A stretch of DNA of 32,000 nucleotides from Trichlorobacter lovleyi SZ (GCF_000020385.1 NC_010814.1:3090001-3122000); one strand, 5' to 3'. Counted from the stretch's first letter, positions 1 through 10,294 are shown. The notes: generated from the letters alone by a model not told the origin. Translations and numbers: made by a program.

Positions 1-823
1 GGCTGCGGATACTGCCCCGGAAGGGTTCTCCGTTGCGGATCATGGCTGCGCCCATTGCCGGAATCAGTTCCGAACGGTCCGGCAGCAACAGATCATCGGG
101 ATGCTCGATCTCCAGCAGATCGGCAAAGGCCTTCCGCAGGCAAGGAATAAACGTCAGCGGACCGCCTCCCACGAGAATTTTCCGTTCCATATCCCGGCCA
201 CTGGATAAGCTGACCACCTGCATGGCTACGGCATGAAAGACGGAGGCAGCGATATCCTCACGGGAAGCATTACGGCTCAGCAAGGCCTGGATGTCGGTTT
301 TGGCAAACACACCACATCTGGAGGCAATGGGAAAGAGTTGCGTCGATTTTTCGGCCAGACTGTTCAGTTCCGACACGTCAACATTCAACAGCACGGCCAT
401 CTGATCGATGAACGCGCCGGTGCCCCCGGCGCAGCTACTGTTCATCCGGATGTTGGGACGGCCGTTATCGTCGGAAAAGATGATCTTGGAGTCTTCGCCG
501 CCGATTTCGATAAAGGTTTTGATGTCGGGAAAGTAGGTCCCGAGGTAGTGCGCGGATGCTACCACTTCCTGGACAAAGGGCACTCTGAATGCCTCGGCCA
601 CGCCCATTCCCGCGGAACCGGTCAACGCCAGATCCAGATCCACATCTCCCAGCTCCTGGAGCGCCTCCAGGAAAATACTCCGGGTTGTCTCCATGGTTTT
701 GCCCTGATGACGACGGTAGCGGGAAAAAACAAGACCACCCTCTTCGTTGATGATGACTACTTTGACTGTAGTAGAGCCGATATCGATTCCGGCATAATAG
801 AAAACTGCACTATTTCGCGTCAT
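1..823 (-). CDS. BadF/BadG/BcrA/BcrD-type ATPase domain, the N-terminal part of an acyl-CoA dehydratase activase-like protein (partial; the 3' end lies beyond the window start)
   Basis: Absent from the ORF track because there is no stop inside the window. My translation of the minus strand from the ATG at 823-821 stays open to position 1. It reads MTRNSAVFYYAGIDIGSTTVKVVIINEEGG...FIEIGGEDSKIIF...SSCAGGTGAFIDQMA...ILVGGGPLTFIP, which carries ASKHA/BcrAD_BadFG-type phosphate-binding motifs. The ATG overlaps the TGA of the upstream gene (ATGA at 820-823). Confidence 0.75.
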   Translation of the reverse strand, partial: MTRNSAVFYYAGIDIGSTTVKVVIINEEGGLVFSRYRRHQGKTMETTRSIFLEALQELGDVDLDLALTGSAGMGVAEAFRVPFVQEVVASAHYLGTYFPDIKTFIEIGGEDSKIIFSDDNGRPNIRMNSSCAGGTGAFIDQMAVLLNVDVSELNSLAEKSTQLFPIASRCGVFAKTDIQALLSRNASREDIAASVFHAVAMQVVSLSSGRDMERKILVGGGPLTFIPCLRKAFADLLEIEHPDDLLLPDRSELIPAMGAAMIRNGEPFRGSIRS

Positions 824-1848
824 ATAAGTTTCTCTCCCGCCGCCGGACCGTCGTATCTGTCAGTTGTTTTCCCCGTTTCCCTCTTTTTATTCAGGGGCAG
901 GTAATCTCTGGTAGAACAGCAGGTGTCCACCAGGGAGACAATGAGCGACTCCGGATATCGTGGCGGCACAAGGGTTAATGGCCACATATGCTTTTTAATG
1001 ATGTCTTCTTCTTTTTGAGAGAGGTCTGTTATCCGGCGGGCATTGTTCAGGGCGATGGTATGATGCCTGAAGCCGTGCAGCCGCGGTCCTTCACGCAGCC
1101 AGTCGTAAAAGAAGAGATCGTGCAGCAGCGCGCCCCGGATGATCGCTTCACCATCCAGAGAGAGTCGCCGCCCCAGGAGAAAGCTCAGGTAAGCTACCTC
1201 CTTGACATGATCCAATCTCGTTTTTCCACGGTGATGCGGATATTGGGACAGTCTCGCCACATCAGGGAGGGCAAGAACCGGCGCTGCTGCATCCCTGAAT
1301 TCCAGATCAGCCTGGGCTCTTTCTTCCTTCGTCATGCGGAAAAAAGTCCGGACAACGGTCGTCAGCAAATCCACGAGCATGAAGGAAAGCACAACCCCGG
1401 CAAAGGCGCTCTTAACAACGGGGGGTAACTGCCCGAGCAGAACACGATATGGCGGCACTACCAGATATTCAAATGCAAAGGCCAGCGCCACCCAGTACAG
1501 TGAAAACTTAAGGCAGATATGCCCCTTGTAATGGAACCGCTCATCCGAATAGTCCCAGAGATGGGCGTGAAAAAGACGCTGGGCGATCACCCCCGAAAGC
1601 AGTTCGAGTCCGGTTGTGGCCACAAAATAGACCAGCGCCTTGACGGCAAACCCGGCAGCTAGCGTCTGCAGCAGGGCTGTCGCCACCATGAGAATCAAGG
1701 CGCCCGTGCCGTAAAGCATAAGATACGGACCCTTCAAGAGGCCCGGGTTTACAAATCGTCCGCCACGAGATGAACGATAGACAACCTCCAGTAACCACCC
1801 GAGAATTGCGAAACATGAAAAGGAAAAAAAATAATCTGTCATTGTCAT
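820..1848 (-). CDS. Multi-pass membrane domain (DUF1113-like) fused to an HD-domain phosphohydrolase
   Basis: 342-aa ORF. The N-terminal ~170 aa form several hydrophobic helices (FFSFSCFAILGWLLEVVYR, LMLYGTGALILMVATALL, ...). The C-terminal half has an H...HD signature (DHVKEVAYL...GALLHDLFFYD...HGFRHH). The family name for the N-terminus is from memory. Confidence 0.7.
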   Translation of the reverse strand: MTMTDYFFSFSCFAILGWLLEVVYRSSRGGRFVNPGLLKGPYLMLYGTGALILMVATALLQTLAAGFAVKALVYFVATTGLELLSGVIAQRLFHAHLWDYSDERFHYKGHICLKFSLYWVALAFAFEYLVVPPYRVLLGQLPPVVKSAFAGVVLSFMLVDLLTTVVRTFFRMTKEERAQADLEFRDAAAPVLALPDVARLSQYPHHRGKTRLDHVKEVAYLSFLLGRRLSLDGEAIIRGALLHDLFFYDWLREGPRLHGFRHHTIALNNARRITDLSQKEEDIIKKHMWPLTLVPPRYPESLIVSLVDTCCSTRDYLPLNKKRETGKTTDRYDGPAAGEKLI

Positions 1849-1850
1849 CT

Positions 1851-2798
1851 TCAGTTGGCCTTGCTCGCGACGGTCAACACCTTCAGCTGTTCAAGGGCAC
1901 ACTCGTAGCCTATCTGAATAATCTCCTCGGCCCGATCAAACTCCATGAACCGCAGGGTTCCAAGCGGCGGACGGATGATAAGAATATCCGGCATGTCCTG
2001 TCGCAGGCTTGCTTGGGTTATGCGCGCCTGCATGATGTAGATTGATGTCAACAGCACATCGAAAATACCCGGTACTGGTTCTTTATTCATCCATGCTTCA
2101 AATTGGGCCAAAACCGGACTTTCCATAGTTTGCAGAGTTGCCAGTAGGCGCGTCATGGTCTGGGCATAAGGTCTTTCGTATGGGCGTGGATCAGGGCGAG
2201 GAGCGCGGCTCGCAACGATGTCGTGATTAAGATCGACTGCGATGATCAGATCGGCGCTCATAGCGCGTACCACACTCACCGGTACAGGGTTGACCAGGCC
2301 GCCGTCGACCAGGACACGGCCATCGTTACGCACTGGAGTGAAGATGCCGGGAACCGAGATGCTAGCGCGCACCGCTTCAATCAGGTCTCCTGTGCCGAAC
2401 ACTACCTCCTCACCGCTCATGATGCAAGTAGCCACGGCGCGAAATGGTATCGGCAGATCCTCGATGTTGGTTGCTGGCACATGAGCACGCACGAAGTCAG
2501 TAATCTTTTGGCCGTCAATCAATCCAGAGCGGGGGAATACCGGGTCTAGCAGGGTGATGATGCTTTTCCAATCAAAATCGAGAAATCTTGCTGTCAATCC
2601 ATCCAGCTTTCCCGCAGCGAAAACAGCCCCGATCAAGGCTCCCATGCTGGTGCCTGCGATAACGTCGATGTTGATGCCAGTTTCATTGATGGCGCGCAAC
2701 ACACCTATGTGCGCCAGCCCCCGCGCTGAACCGCTGCCCAGTGCCAAACCAATTTTGAGCTGTCGGCCATGATCGTTGTCTGCTGACTTCCGAGTCAT
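1851..2798 (-). CDS. Patatin-like phospholipase (RssA-like)
   Basis: 315 aa. It has the oxyanion-hole GSGSARG, the nucleophile-elbow GTSMG (GxSxG) and the catalytic Asp motif VDGGLVNPVP. Confidence 0.9.
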   Translation of the reverse strand: MTRKSADNDHGRQLKIGLALGSGSARGLAHIGVLRAINETGINIDVIAGTSMGALIGAVFAAGKLDGLTARFLDFDWKSIITLLDPVFPRSGLIDGQKITDFVRAHVPATNIEDLPIPFRAVATCIMSGEEVVFGTGDLIEAVRASISVPGIFTPVRNDGRVLVDGGLVNPVPVSVVRAMSADLIIAVDLNHDIVASRAPRPDPRPYERPYAQTMTRLLATLQTMESPVLAQFEAWMNKEPVPGIFDVLLTSIYIMQARITQASLRQDMPDILIIRPPLGTLRFMEFDRAEEIIQIGYECALEQLKVLTVASKAN

Positions 2799-4543
2799 TG
2801 CGGTTTTTCCCTGTCCGCTCTACTGCTTTTCCAGATCGACACCAGCAACCATAGGCCACCTATCACCGCACCGGAGAAACCAAACAAAGCGAAAAATGAT
2901 AGCCCTATCAGACTGGGGCCACCGGTAACAGTCATTACTATGGAAGAGCCGATGATCAATGCAGCAACCACAATACCGACAACCAGCCGGTTGACAGCAC
3001 TATCAAGCTGATTGCCGACACGCTTCAAGTGCGTGACGTCAATGTGGATTTCCAGTCGGCCACGCCGTGCCGCGCGTAACAACCGTGATAAGTCCTGTGG
3101 CAAATCAGCGAGTAGCGAAAGAGCCTCGCCTGTTGCTTCCCAACTTCGTTTGATGATGGCGGACGGGGTGTGCCGAACACGCATTGCTTGTTCCAGCAAT
3201 GGCATGGCTTCACCAGCCATATCAAAGTTAGGATCCAGTTCGCGCCCCATCCCTTCAAGCGTAATGAAGGTTTTGACCAACAACGTAAGATCGGCCGGTA
3301 ACGTTAAATGATGCCGGCGGAGGATGGCCGCCAGATCAGAAAGCATGGTTCCTAGGCTTAAATGTTTCAGAGCCACACCATGATATTGATCCACGAACGA
3401 CTGAATTTCCAATTCAAGGGCACCCTCATCCACACTGCCATAGCTCGCCCAGTCAAGCATTACAGTAGTGACGCGCTCTGGCTTTTGTCGCACCAGCCCT
3501 AGCAACAGGCGGATCAGTTGATCACGACGCCCTTCGGAAAGCCTTCCTACCATACCAAAATCAATGATGGCAATCCGGTTTCCTGGCAGATAGAAGATAT
3601 TGCCGGAATGCGGATCAGCGTGAAAATAGCCATCCTCAACAATCATTTTAAGCACCGCGTGTGCACCTCGACGAGCAAGGACTTTGCGGTCAAGTCCGGC
3701 TTGATCGACTGCCTGAAGATCACGTCCCGGGATTCCTGTAATAAACTCCTGCACACAGATTCGCTCGCCGGTCCAGGTCCAATAAACTCGTGGGATTATG
3801 ATCTGGGGCAGTTCAGTCTCGCAGCTAGTATCTTTGCCGTCGGGATTGTTCTTATCGTGATACCCGGTAAAATTGTCTCTGATTCGCTCTGCATTGCGGC
3901 ACTCAACGGCAAAATCAAGTTCCTGTCGTAGTGACTGGGTAAACTGACTCACTACTTCTAGAGGGTGAAAGGCGCGCAATTCCTCACTTTCAGCTTCAGC
4001 AAGCTGTGCAAGCCTTGCTAACCAGCGCAGATCGGCTTCGATAATCGGACGGATACCGGGGCGACGCACCTTTACTATCACCTCGCTGCCGTCTTCCAAG
4101 CGGGCGCGGTGAACTTGGGCGATTGAGGCGGCCGCCAGCGGCTCGCGACTAAAGGCGGCAAACACCTCCTCGGGTTGAGCACCGAGGTCTTCAGTGAGCT
4201 GCCTGCGAACATCGTCCCAGGGGGCAGCGGGTGCACTGTCCTGCAGTTTGCTGAATTCGGCGATCCATTCCGGTTCAAACAGATCCACGCGGGTGGCGAG
4301 TACCTGACCGAGCTTGACGAAGGTCGGCCCCATCTCCTCCAACGCCAGGCGCACCCGTTCGGGCGGCGGCACATGAGCGAATCCTTCCGCTTTATCCCAG
4401 TGCACCGCCCGCCCGGCTCGCTCCAGCGCATTGGCGAGCCCCATTCTTTGTACAAGGTCGCCGAAACCGTAGCGGATCAGGATCGATGCAATGTCTTGCA
4501 GTCTGCCAAGATCGCGCACTGCTGTCATCGCCTGCCACAGCAT
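2795..4543 (-). CDS. ABC1/UbiB-family atypical protein kinase with a C-terminal membrane anchor
   Basis: 582 aa. Motifs are ASIAQVHRA, HADPHSGNI and IDFGMVG, followed by two C-terminal hydrophobic helices. The stop overlaps the patatin start (ATGA at 2795-2798). Confidence 0.9.
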   Translation of the reverse strand: MLWQAMTAVRDLGRLQDIASILIRYGFGDLVQRMGLANALERAGRAVHWDKAEGFAHVPPPERVRLALEEMGPTFVKLGQVLATRVDLFEPEWIAEFSKLQDSAPAAPWDDVRRQLTEDLGAQPEEVFAAFSREPLAAASIAQVHRARLEDGSEVIVKVRRPGIRPIIEADLRWLARLAQLAEAESEELRAFHPLEVVSQFTQSLRQELDFAVECRNAERIRDNFTGYHDKNNPDGKDTSCETELPQIIIPRVYWTWTGERICVQEFITGIPGRDLQAVDQAGLDRKVLARRGAHAVLKMIVEDGYFHADPHSGNIFYLPGNRIAIIDFGMVGRLSEGRRDQLIRLLLGLVRQKPERVTTVMLDWASYGSVDEGALELEIQSFVDQYHGVALKHLSLGTMLSDLAAILRRHHLTLPADLTLLVKTFITLEGMGRELDPNFDMAGEAMPLLEQAMRVRHTPSAIIKRSWEATGEALSLLADLPQDLSRLLRAARRGRLEIHIDVTHLKRVGNQLDSAVNRLVVGIVVAALIIGSSIVMTVTGGPSLIGLSFFALFGFSGAVIGGLWLLVSIWKSSRADREKPQ

Positions 4544-5097
4544 CAGTTGACCTTATCCCTGTCTTGAGGGTGATGGCCTGGCTTGACATGCTCGGTCAAG
4601 GTCTCCTTCAATTGCACGCCCACAGCGGAACTATCGATAGTGTACTCCCGTAGTACTGGTTGGCGCTTGAGGCCGCTTAGCAGGGATTCCAGGAAAGACT
4701 TCTCCATAATTTTCAGGTTGGCACGAGCATGGGCAAGATCCTCATTGAAAAATATCTGCGCGCTGTCTTCGGTTTCTTCCAGAGGCAGTCTGGATGCTTC
4801 AGCACACTGCTCCAGCGCCGCATCCAGTCCGGCAACGGCCTGTTTGATGTGTGCACATGCAGTTTTGTTTTGTAACGCAGGCAGTTTCAGCCCCTTTTGT
4901 ATTCCTGTCCCCGCACCACGCAGCACGGCACTCGTGATCATGCGCATGGTTTCGATATCGACTGAGTTTCCGCTAATCGTGCGCAAAATGAGTTGTCGAA
5001 CCACTTCCAGCACATCGTGACTCTGCTCGATGGCGCTTCGGACTTCAGCTTCAATCCTGTGCATATCGCTGTCATTGAAAATTATGTTATTTTGCAT
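4543..5097 (-). CDS. Hypothetical alpha-helical protein, translationally coupled to the UbiB-like kinase
   Basis: 184-aa ORF. Its TGA shares one nucleotide with the kinase ATG (TGATG at 4541-4545). I recognise no motif. Confidence 0.55.
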   Translation of the reverse strand: MQNNIIFNDSDMHRIEAEVRSAIEQSHDVLEVVRQLILRTISGNSVDIETMRMITSAVLRGAGTGIQKGLKLPALQNKTACAHIKQAVAGLDAALEQCAEASRLPLEETEDSAQIFFNEDLAHARANLKIMEKSFLESLLSGLKRQPVLREYTIDSSAVGVQLKETLTEHVKPGHHPQDRDKVN

Positions 5098-5134
5098 GGC
5101 AATCTCTTTTAATAGCGGCCTGAATAATGTTATG

Positions 5135-5581
5135 TCATCTGATCCAATCAGTCAGCGCATCCAGCGCTTTGTTGGCAGCCTCTCTGGTGGCGGCAACTGC
5201 TTTCCGGGCGGTATTCCTGGCAGTTTCTGCCGCATGCTGAGCCGCTTCTTTACCGGATTCGGTCACTTTTTTTACTGAGTGTTCACTCTTCTGCGCTGCA
5301 TCCCTGACGGCTTCAAGCGCTTGATCAGCCGCTTCCGAGGTTTTTTGCAGCGCCTCCCGGGTGGCATTCATAGTTTTGTCGACGAGCGTGGCATCAAACT
5401 CGGCAAGTCGGCCTTGGGCCGCCTTCAGATTTTCCTGAATGCGGGTATGCAAGTCGTCGATCTTCTCGCTGGTTTGCTCTGCAGTCGCCTGTAAAAGCGC
5501 ATCGGCATCCGCAACTATCTTCTTTACGTCGTCGATAAGTTTTTCTTTGGTCGTGGAATTGATTTTTTTTGGGTTAGACAT
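5135..5581 (-). CDS. Hypothetical helical-repeat protein (DUF883/YqjD-ElaB-like N-terminus, apolipoprotein/phasin-like composition, no TM anchor)
   Basis: 148-aa ORF rich in A/E/K/Q/T with a heptad-like pattern (LIDDVKKIVADADALLQATAEQTSEKIDDLHTRIQENL...). The similarity call is from memory only. Confidence 0.55.
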   Translation of the reverse strand: MSNPKKINSTTKEKLIDDVKKIVADADALLQATAEQTSEKIDDLHTRIQENLKAAQGRLAEFDATLVDKTMNATREALQKTSEAADQALEAVRDAAQKSEHSVKKVTESGKEAAQHAAETARNTARKAVAATREAANKALDALTDWIR

Positions 5582-5605
5582 GACACACCTCTCTTAGTAG
5601 TAGTA

Positions 5606-6109
5606 TTACACGATTGCGCCAAAACTCTCCCGTTCATCATCTGAAAATATCCGGTCAATATCCATGATAATCAATAATCGCTCAGCATGGTTGCATACGC
5701 CGGTGATAAATTCCAGTTCGACACCACCTGAGATCACTATCGAAGGCGGCGGCTGAATCTCGCTGCTGCGGATGCGGATAACTTCTGTAACTGAATCGAC
5801 AATAAAACCAATCAGAGTGCCGCAAACTTCCATGATGATGATTCGGGTCTGGCTGTTGTTTTCAATTTCCATCAGGCCGAAACGTTTACGCAAGGAGATA
5901 ACCGGAACAATCTCCCCGCGCAGGTTGATGACCCCCTCGATATAGTGCGGTGTGTTGGGCATTTTGGTGATGATCGGCATGCGTATGATCTCGCGCGCCT
6001 TGAGGACTTCAACGCCATATTCTTCACCTCCCAGCATGAAGCTGATCTGTTGGATAAGTTTGTCCTGTTGTGCAACATCATTCAATTTTACCAGTGCTTT
6101 TATGGCCAT
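5606..6109 (-). CDS. cheW: Chemotaxis coupling protein CheW
   Basis: 167 aa with typical CheW sequence (FMLGGEEYGVEVLKAREIIRMPIITKMPNTPHYIEGVINLRGEIVPVISLRKRFG). Confidence 0.9.
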   Translation of the reverse strand: MAIKALVKLNDVAQQDKLIQQISFMLGGEEYGVEVLKAREIIRMPIITKMPNTPHYIEGVINLRGEIVPVISLRKRFGLMEIENNSQTRIIIMEVCGTLIGFIVDSVTEVIRIRSSEIQPPPSIVISGGVELEFITGVCNHAERLLIIMDIDRIFSDDERESFGAIV

Positions 6110-6127
6110 GGATGTCTCCTTTTTTGC

Positions 6128-6202
6128 TATTCAGTTGAGCGCTGTCGTAGCCGATTAATGGGCACCTTGCGAAGTCTGCTGCACCACTTCGGTGATCTGC
6201 AT
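6128..6202 (-). pseudogene. Relic of the 3' end of an MCP gene (about 25 codons, interrupted by TAA)
   Basis: The minus strand reads ATGCAGATCACCGAAGTGGTGCAGCAGACTTCGCAAGGTGCCCATTAA, which is [16 protein letters not shown] 38-nt core (6165-6202) is identical to 8136-8173 inside the MCP at 8051-9700, which encodes [27 protein letters not shown]. The flanking ~35 nt is recognisably related but diverged. Confidence 0.65.
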
Positions 6203-6210
6203 ATAGATGT

Positions 6211-7914
6211 CTATTCTGCTCTCAGGTGTGCCATCTCATTTCGCAGCACCTGGATTTGGCCTGCCAGATTTTCCGCCCCGTTTTCAAGAATCCTGACTGA
6301 CGCCAGATTGATGTCCGCAGTCTGCGTAATCCGCTCCATGGACTGATTAATCTGGACGCTCCATTCCGACTGTTCCCCGCAGGCTTCCTTGATTCCCCGG
6401 GTCTTATCTTCCATGTTGGCTGTTGATGTAGCGATAGTCGTGCTCATCTGCCACTGCCGGACACTCGATGTCTGTACCAGCGCCGTGAATTCCCGCGTGC
6501 GTTCCGCAGCCTTCGTAATAGAGCGGCTGGCTTGTATCAGTTCCTGGCTGGACCGGAAGATATGAGCAACCATGTTGGTCATCGTACGGATCGACTTGTG
6601 CATGTTGCTGCTTCTTCTGGCCTGTTCTTCCGTTGAGTGGGCAATGTCGATGATCTGACGGCCGGCAGCCTCGACCCCACTGACGATTTTGGAAAGAGCT
6701 TCTCCAGAGCGGCGGGAGAGGTTTTCCCCGTCGGCGACCCGCTCTTCGGTGATGCGGATCGCGGTGACGGCCTTTCCTGTCTCCTCCTGTACCCCTTTGA
6801 TCAGGAGAGCGATCTCCATGGTGGATTGTCTGGTACGCTTGGCAAGTCCCTTGATTTCATTGGCGACGATGGCAAACCCTTTTCCGTGTTCTCCTGCCTG
6901 TGCGGCAAGGATGGCTGAGTTGAGGGCCAGAAGGTTGGTCTGGTCCGCTATGTCATCAATGACCGAAATAATCTTGCCAATGGCAGAAACCCTTTGGGAA
7001 AGAGTGGTGATTGAGTCATAGGCGCTTTTAGACGAGTGCACAATACCATTAATACATGATATTGCGGATAAAACCACCTGCTGCCCCAGTTCCGCATCCA
7101 GTCTGACCCCTTCAGCCGCTGCCGCGGTATTGTGCACTGTACCACCGACCTGCTGGATCAGTAGGTCTATTTCCTCGACAGACGAAGTCGTGGTGGATGC
7201 TGCATCCATCAAGCTGCCGACGTTCTTACCTACCTGCTCCATCAGGGTTGACATCTCGACCATTGCTGAGCTGACATCCTCAATGGAGGCGGACTGGGTT
7301 TCCGCATGCTGCCGGACTTCGTCTATATTGGCCGTCAGTTCGGAGATGCAGGCACTGTTCTCCTGTGCAGATACTGTCATTTGTTCGACGCTTTTACGCA
7401 CCAGTACTACAGATGCGTCGATTCCGGCCACGGCTGCCGAACCGACTGCAGCCTCCTCTGACTGGCTTCGGACGGTGGTTAGCACGTGGCTCGCAGCTTC
7501 GTTGTTTTGATCAGATATTTTCCCCAGTTCGCTGATGGTGTCATTGATTTGGAGCACCATCTTGCCGAACTTGTTAAAGAGTGAGTTTACCGTTTTCCCG
7601 AGATGACCGAGTTCATCGTCACTCGCCACCGCTACCTGGACAGTAAGATTACCCTCTGTCCCTTGACAGATTGCTGTTGTCAGTTCGGCGACCCGTCGCA
7701 CCAGACCGCGAGATGCCATGACCTTGATGACTGTAGCGAAGATTGAAGCGCAGGCCACAAACCCAGCAAGGACAAACTTGGTAAGCATGATGGAAGTATC
7801 TGATGCCGGTTCGGAGAGGAGGACAAAGGTTGCGCCTGCCCCGAAGAGTGCGATGCCTGTACCGGCGAACAGAAGAAACCTGATAATGCTTGAGCCGGAG
7901 GTGAGATCTGCCAT
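6211..7914 (-). CDS. Methyl-accepting chemotaxis protein (two TM helices with a minimal periplasmic loop, HAMP, long signalling domain)
   Basis: 567 aa. It has the conserved hairpin-tip [36 protein letters not shown]1 and TM2 are separated by only about 10 residues. Confidence 0.9.
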   Translation of the reverse strand: MADLTSGSSIIRFLLFAGTGIALFGAGATFVLLSEPASDTSIMLTKFVLAGFVACASIFATVIKVMASRGLVRRVAELTTAICQGTEGNLTVQVAVASDDELGHLGKTVNSLFNKFGKMVLQINDTISELGKISDQNNEAASHVLTTVRSQSEEAAVGSAAVAGIDASVVLVRKSVEQMTVSAQENSACISELTANIDEVRQHAETQSASIEDVSSAMVEMSTLMEQVGKNVGSLMDAASTTTSSVEEIDLLIQQVGGTVHNTAAAAEGVRLDAELGQQVVLSAISCINGIVHSSKSAYDSITTLSQRVSAIGKIISVIDDIADQTNLLALNSAILAAQAGEHGKGFAIVANEIKGLAKRTRQSTMEIALLIKGVQEETGKAVTAIRITEERVADGENLSRRSGEALSKIVSGVEAAGRQIIDIAHSTEEQARRSSNMHKSIRTMTNMVAHIFRSSQELIQASRSITKAAERTREFTALVQTSSVRQWQMSTTIATSTANMEDKTRGIKEACGEQSEWSVQINQSMERITQTADINLASVRILENGAENLAGQIQVLRNEMAHLRAE

Positions 7915-7999
7915 GTTATCATCCTTGGTAGAGTGAACACTCGCTTTACCGGACGCGGAAAGAGTTTTTATTCTACCCGCCTGTCAAAGCGATATTTTA

Positions 8000-8040
8000 T
8001 TTCTCCCAGCCCCTCCTAAAATACGAGCGGCTGGGAGAAA
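8000..8040 (-). terminator. Stem-loop in the MCP-MCP intergenic region (possible terminator or RNA-processing site)
   Basis: TTTCTCCCAGCC (8000-8011) and GGCTGGGAGAAA (8029-8040) form a perfect 12-bp inverted repeat with a 17-nt loop, 10 nt downstream of the MCP stop at 8051. No clean U-tract follows it on the minus strand. Confidence 0.3.
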
Positions 8041-8050
8041 TAAGGTTTTG

Positions 8051-9700
8051 TTACAGTCTAAACTGTCTCACCAACCGCTGCAGTTCCTCTGCATTGCCAT
8101 TCAGCTGTGCCGCCGCCGTAGCCGATTCATGTGCGCCTTGCGAAGTCTGCTGCACCACTTCGGTGATCTGCATTATGTTACTTGAAATCTCGCTGGTAGT
8201 GGCGGTCTGTTCTTCGGCGGCGGTAGCGATCTGGTTTACCTGCATGGCAACATCGTTGATAAGCTCCAGAATATGCTGAAGCGCCTGACCTGACTTACCT
8301 GCTTCAACGGTACCGCTCTCAACCTGGTGAACACCCTGCTCCATAGCAACAACAGCACCTTCGGTTTCAATCTGGATGGCCTTGACCATTTCACCGATCT
8401 CCTTGGTTGCGCGAGTGGTGCGCTTGGCCAGCTCACGGACTCCATCGGCAACGACGGCAAAGCCGCGGCCATGTTCTCCGGCGTGGGCGGCTTCAATGGC
8501 AGCATTCAAGGCCAGCAGGTTGGTCTGGTCGGCAATATCGTCAATCGTGCCGATAATATCCCCGATCTTGGCGGACCGCTCGCCCAGTTTTTCAACGGTC
8601 CTGGCTGTTTCTTGAACTTTTGCGGCAATCTGCCCTATAACCATCACGGTTCTCTCAACCACAGCTGCCCCGTCGCTGGCAGCCTGAGATGCGCGTTGAG
8701 CGCCTTCGGCGGCCATCTGGCAGTTCTGGGCAATATCGCCGGAAGTCGCCGACATCTCCTCGCCGGCTGTCGCAACCGTCCCAGTCTGGGCAGCAACCTC
8801 TTCGGCGCCGGTAGCGATTCGTTCGGCTGTAGAGCTTACCTGTGATGCCGCTACTGAAACCTGGGTGGAGGCGTCTGACACCTTTTGGAGCGCCTGTGTA
8901 AAGGAATCGGCCATGGCATCAAACGAATGACCGATAACACCGAATTCATCCTTTGTTGTAAGACGCAGCCGTTGCGACAGGTCACCCTGTGCCATGTCTC
9001 CACTGGCTTTGATCAGCGCCGCTACCGAACTTGTGATTGAACGTATGATTAAAAATCCTAAAATCAGCGCTATTGTGATTGATAGTACAATCGCGGCAGT
9101 AACAAGCGCCATGGTTGTATAATAATGGCTGACGGCATCTTCGTACGCCTTTTTAGCCTGTGCCTTCTCGTTGTCATATATTTTTTGTGCGGCTTCGTTG
9201 GCAACCTTGAAAAGCGGATTGGTCTTGGTCAAGGTGATACGAACAGCATCTTCAAACTTGCCGGCCAAAACCGCTTCGTGCGTTGCCAATAGTCCTTCCT
9301 TGACAAAATGCATCCTTTTTTCGGCAAAGTCGTCCGCCTGCTTTTTCTCTGCGGCGCTCAATATTCTTCCGGATGTATATTCTTTCCAGATGGCGGTGAT
9401 CTCTTCGATGTTCTTGATCAACTGGTCAGTATGAGCAGTAAGCGGATGATCGTGCATCTTGGCTATTTCAGGAATTGCCGGATTATGCTGGAGCGCCAGC
9501 AGCATCTGAATGCGATTGTTACGCATAAGGGCCATGATTTGGTTGATTTGGTCTGTATTCACCAGGTTTTTTTTGTACATCGTTTCAATAGAATCATTGG
9601 ATGATTTCATACCTGCCAGACCGAGAACCCCGGCAACGGTTACTGAAACGCAGGCAACCAGTAACATAATGAAAAGCTTGGATTTGATGGTGAAGTTCAT
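8051..9700 (-). CDS. Methyl-accepting chemotaxis protein with a four-helix-bundle (4HB/TarH-type) periplasmic sensor and HAMP
   Basis: 549 aa. An N-terminal TM is followed by a ~170-aa helical periplasmic domain, TM2 and HAMP. The hairpin tip is [34 protein letters not shown]. Confidence 0.9.
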   Translation of the reverse strand: MNFTIKSKLFIMLLVACVSVTVAGVLGLAGMKSSNDSIETMYKKNLVNTDQINQIMALMRNNRIQMLLALQHNPAIPEIAKMHDHPLTAHTDQLIKNIEEITAIWKEYTSGRILSAAEKKQADDFAEKRMHFVKEGLLATHEAVLAGKFEDAVRITLTKTNPLFKVANEAAQKIYDNEKAQAKKAYEDAVSHYYTTMALVTAAIVLSITIALILGFLIIRSITSSVAALIKASGDMAQGDLSQRLRLTTKDEFGVIGHSFDAMADSFTQALQKVSDASTQVSVAASQVSSTAERIATGAEEVAAQTGTVATAGEEMSATSGDIAQNCQMAAEGAQRASQAASDGAAVVERTVMVIGQIAAKVQETARTVEKLGERSAKIGDIIGTIDDIADQTNLLALNAAIEAAHAGEHGRGFAVVADGVRELAKRTTRATKEIGEMVKAIQIETEGAVVAMEQGVHQVESGTVEAGKSGQALQHILELINDVAMQVNQIATAAEEQTATTSEISSNIMQITEVVQQTSQGAHESATAAAQLNGNAEELQRLVRQFRL

Positions 9701-9862
9701 TGTCTATACTCCTTTAAGTTGTTGATCTATAAAATGTCTCAGCCTCGCTCATCACATTTTTTTCCTCATATCTTCACCATTACGTTCCGCAACTCTTCAC
9801 CGATAGAGACATTAGCACCGAACTCCGGCATTTTTTTCCCATTGATTCCATTTCAGAGCCTT

Positions 9863-10294
9863 TTACTGACCATCCATGTTTTTCTGAAGGTGATTCATCA
9901 GTGCAAATAGTCTAGTCTTGTTTTCAACCGATATACCCCGGCCCGCGTCTTCGTTCATCTCCTCCGCTATCGGCAGGATGCGATCGCGGAGGTCTCGACC
10001 TTTGTCAGTAATAACGATAAAAAACGCCCGGCGATCGGTATTGTTATCATCACGTCGTATCAGTCCAAGCGCCATAAGTTTATCGAGAATTCTCGTTGTC
10101 GCCGGGTTGTCCTTGAAGGTGCGGCCAGCCAGCTCCCGCTGTGAAACTCCATCCTGCTCCGCCAGACAGTCCAGCACCAACCACTGCTCAGGAGTTACAC
10201 CAAACGGTTTGAGACGTCGCAGCATTTCGGTACGAAGTTTCATTGCCGTCCGGTACACGATGAAAGCTAAAGATTCAGTCATGATAAAAGACAT
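9863..10294 (-). CDS. MarR-family transcriptional regulator
   Basis: 143 aa with a winged-HTH pattern (VSQRELAGRTFKDNPATTRILDKLMALGLIRRDDNNTDRRAFFIVITDKG). GGAGGG lies 6 nt upstream of the ATG. The nested palindromes AACAAtagTTGTT (10315-10327) and TTAAC...GTTAA (10313-10334) lie 20-40 nt upstream. Confidence 0.9.
   Translation of the reverse strand: MSFIMTESLAFIVYRTAMKLRTEMLRRLKPFGVTPEQWLVLDCLAEQDGVSQRELAGRTFKDNPATTRILDKLMALGLIRRDDNNTDRRAFFIVITDKGRDLRDRILPIAEEMNEDAGRGISVENKTRLFALMNHLQKNMDGQ

Noticed and set aside
233-904. 223-aa + strand ORF covering the left edge of the window
   Set aside because: It is antisense to the much better supported BadF/BcrA-type ATPase frame (open from 823 to 1 with clear ASKHA motifs). 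Its product has low-complexity composition and no motifs, so it is a shadow ORF.
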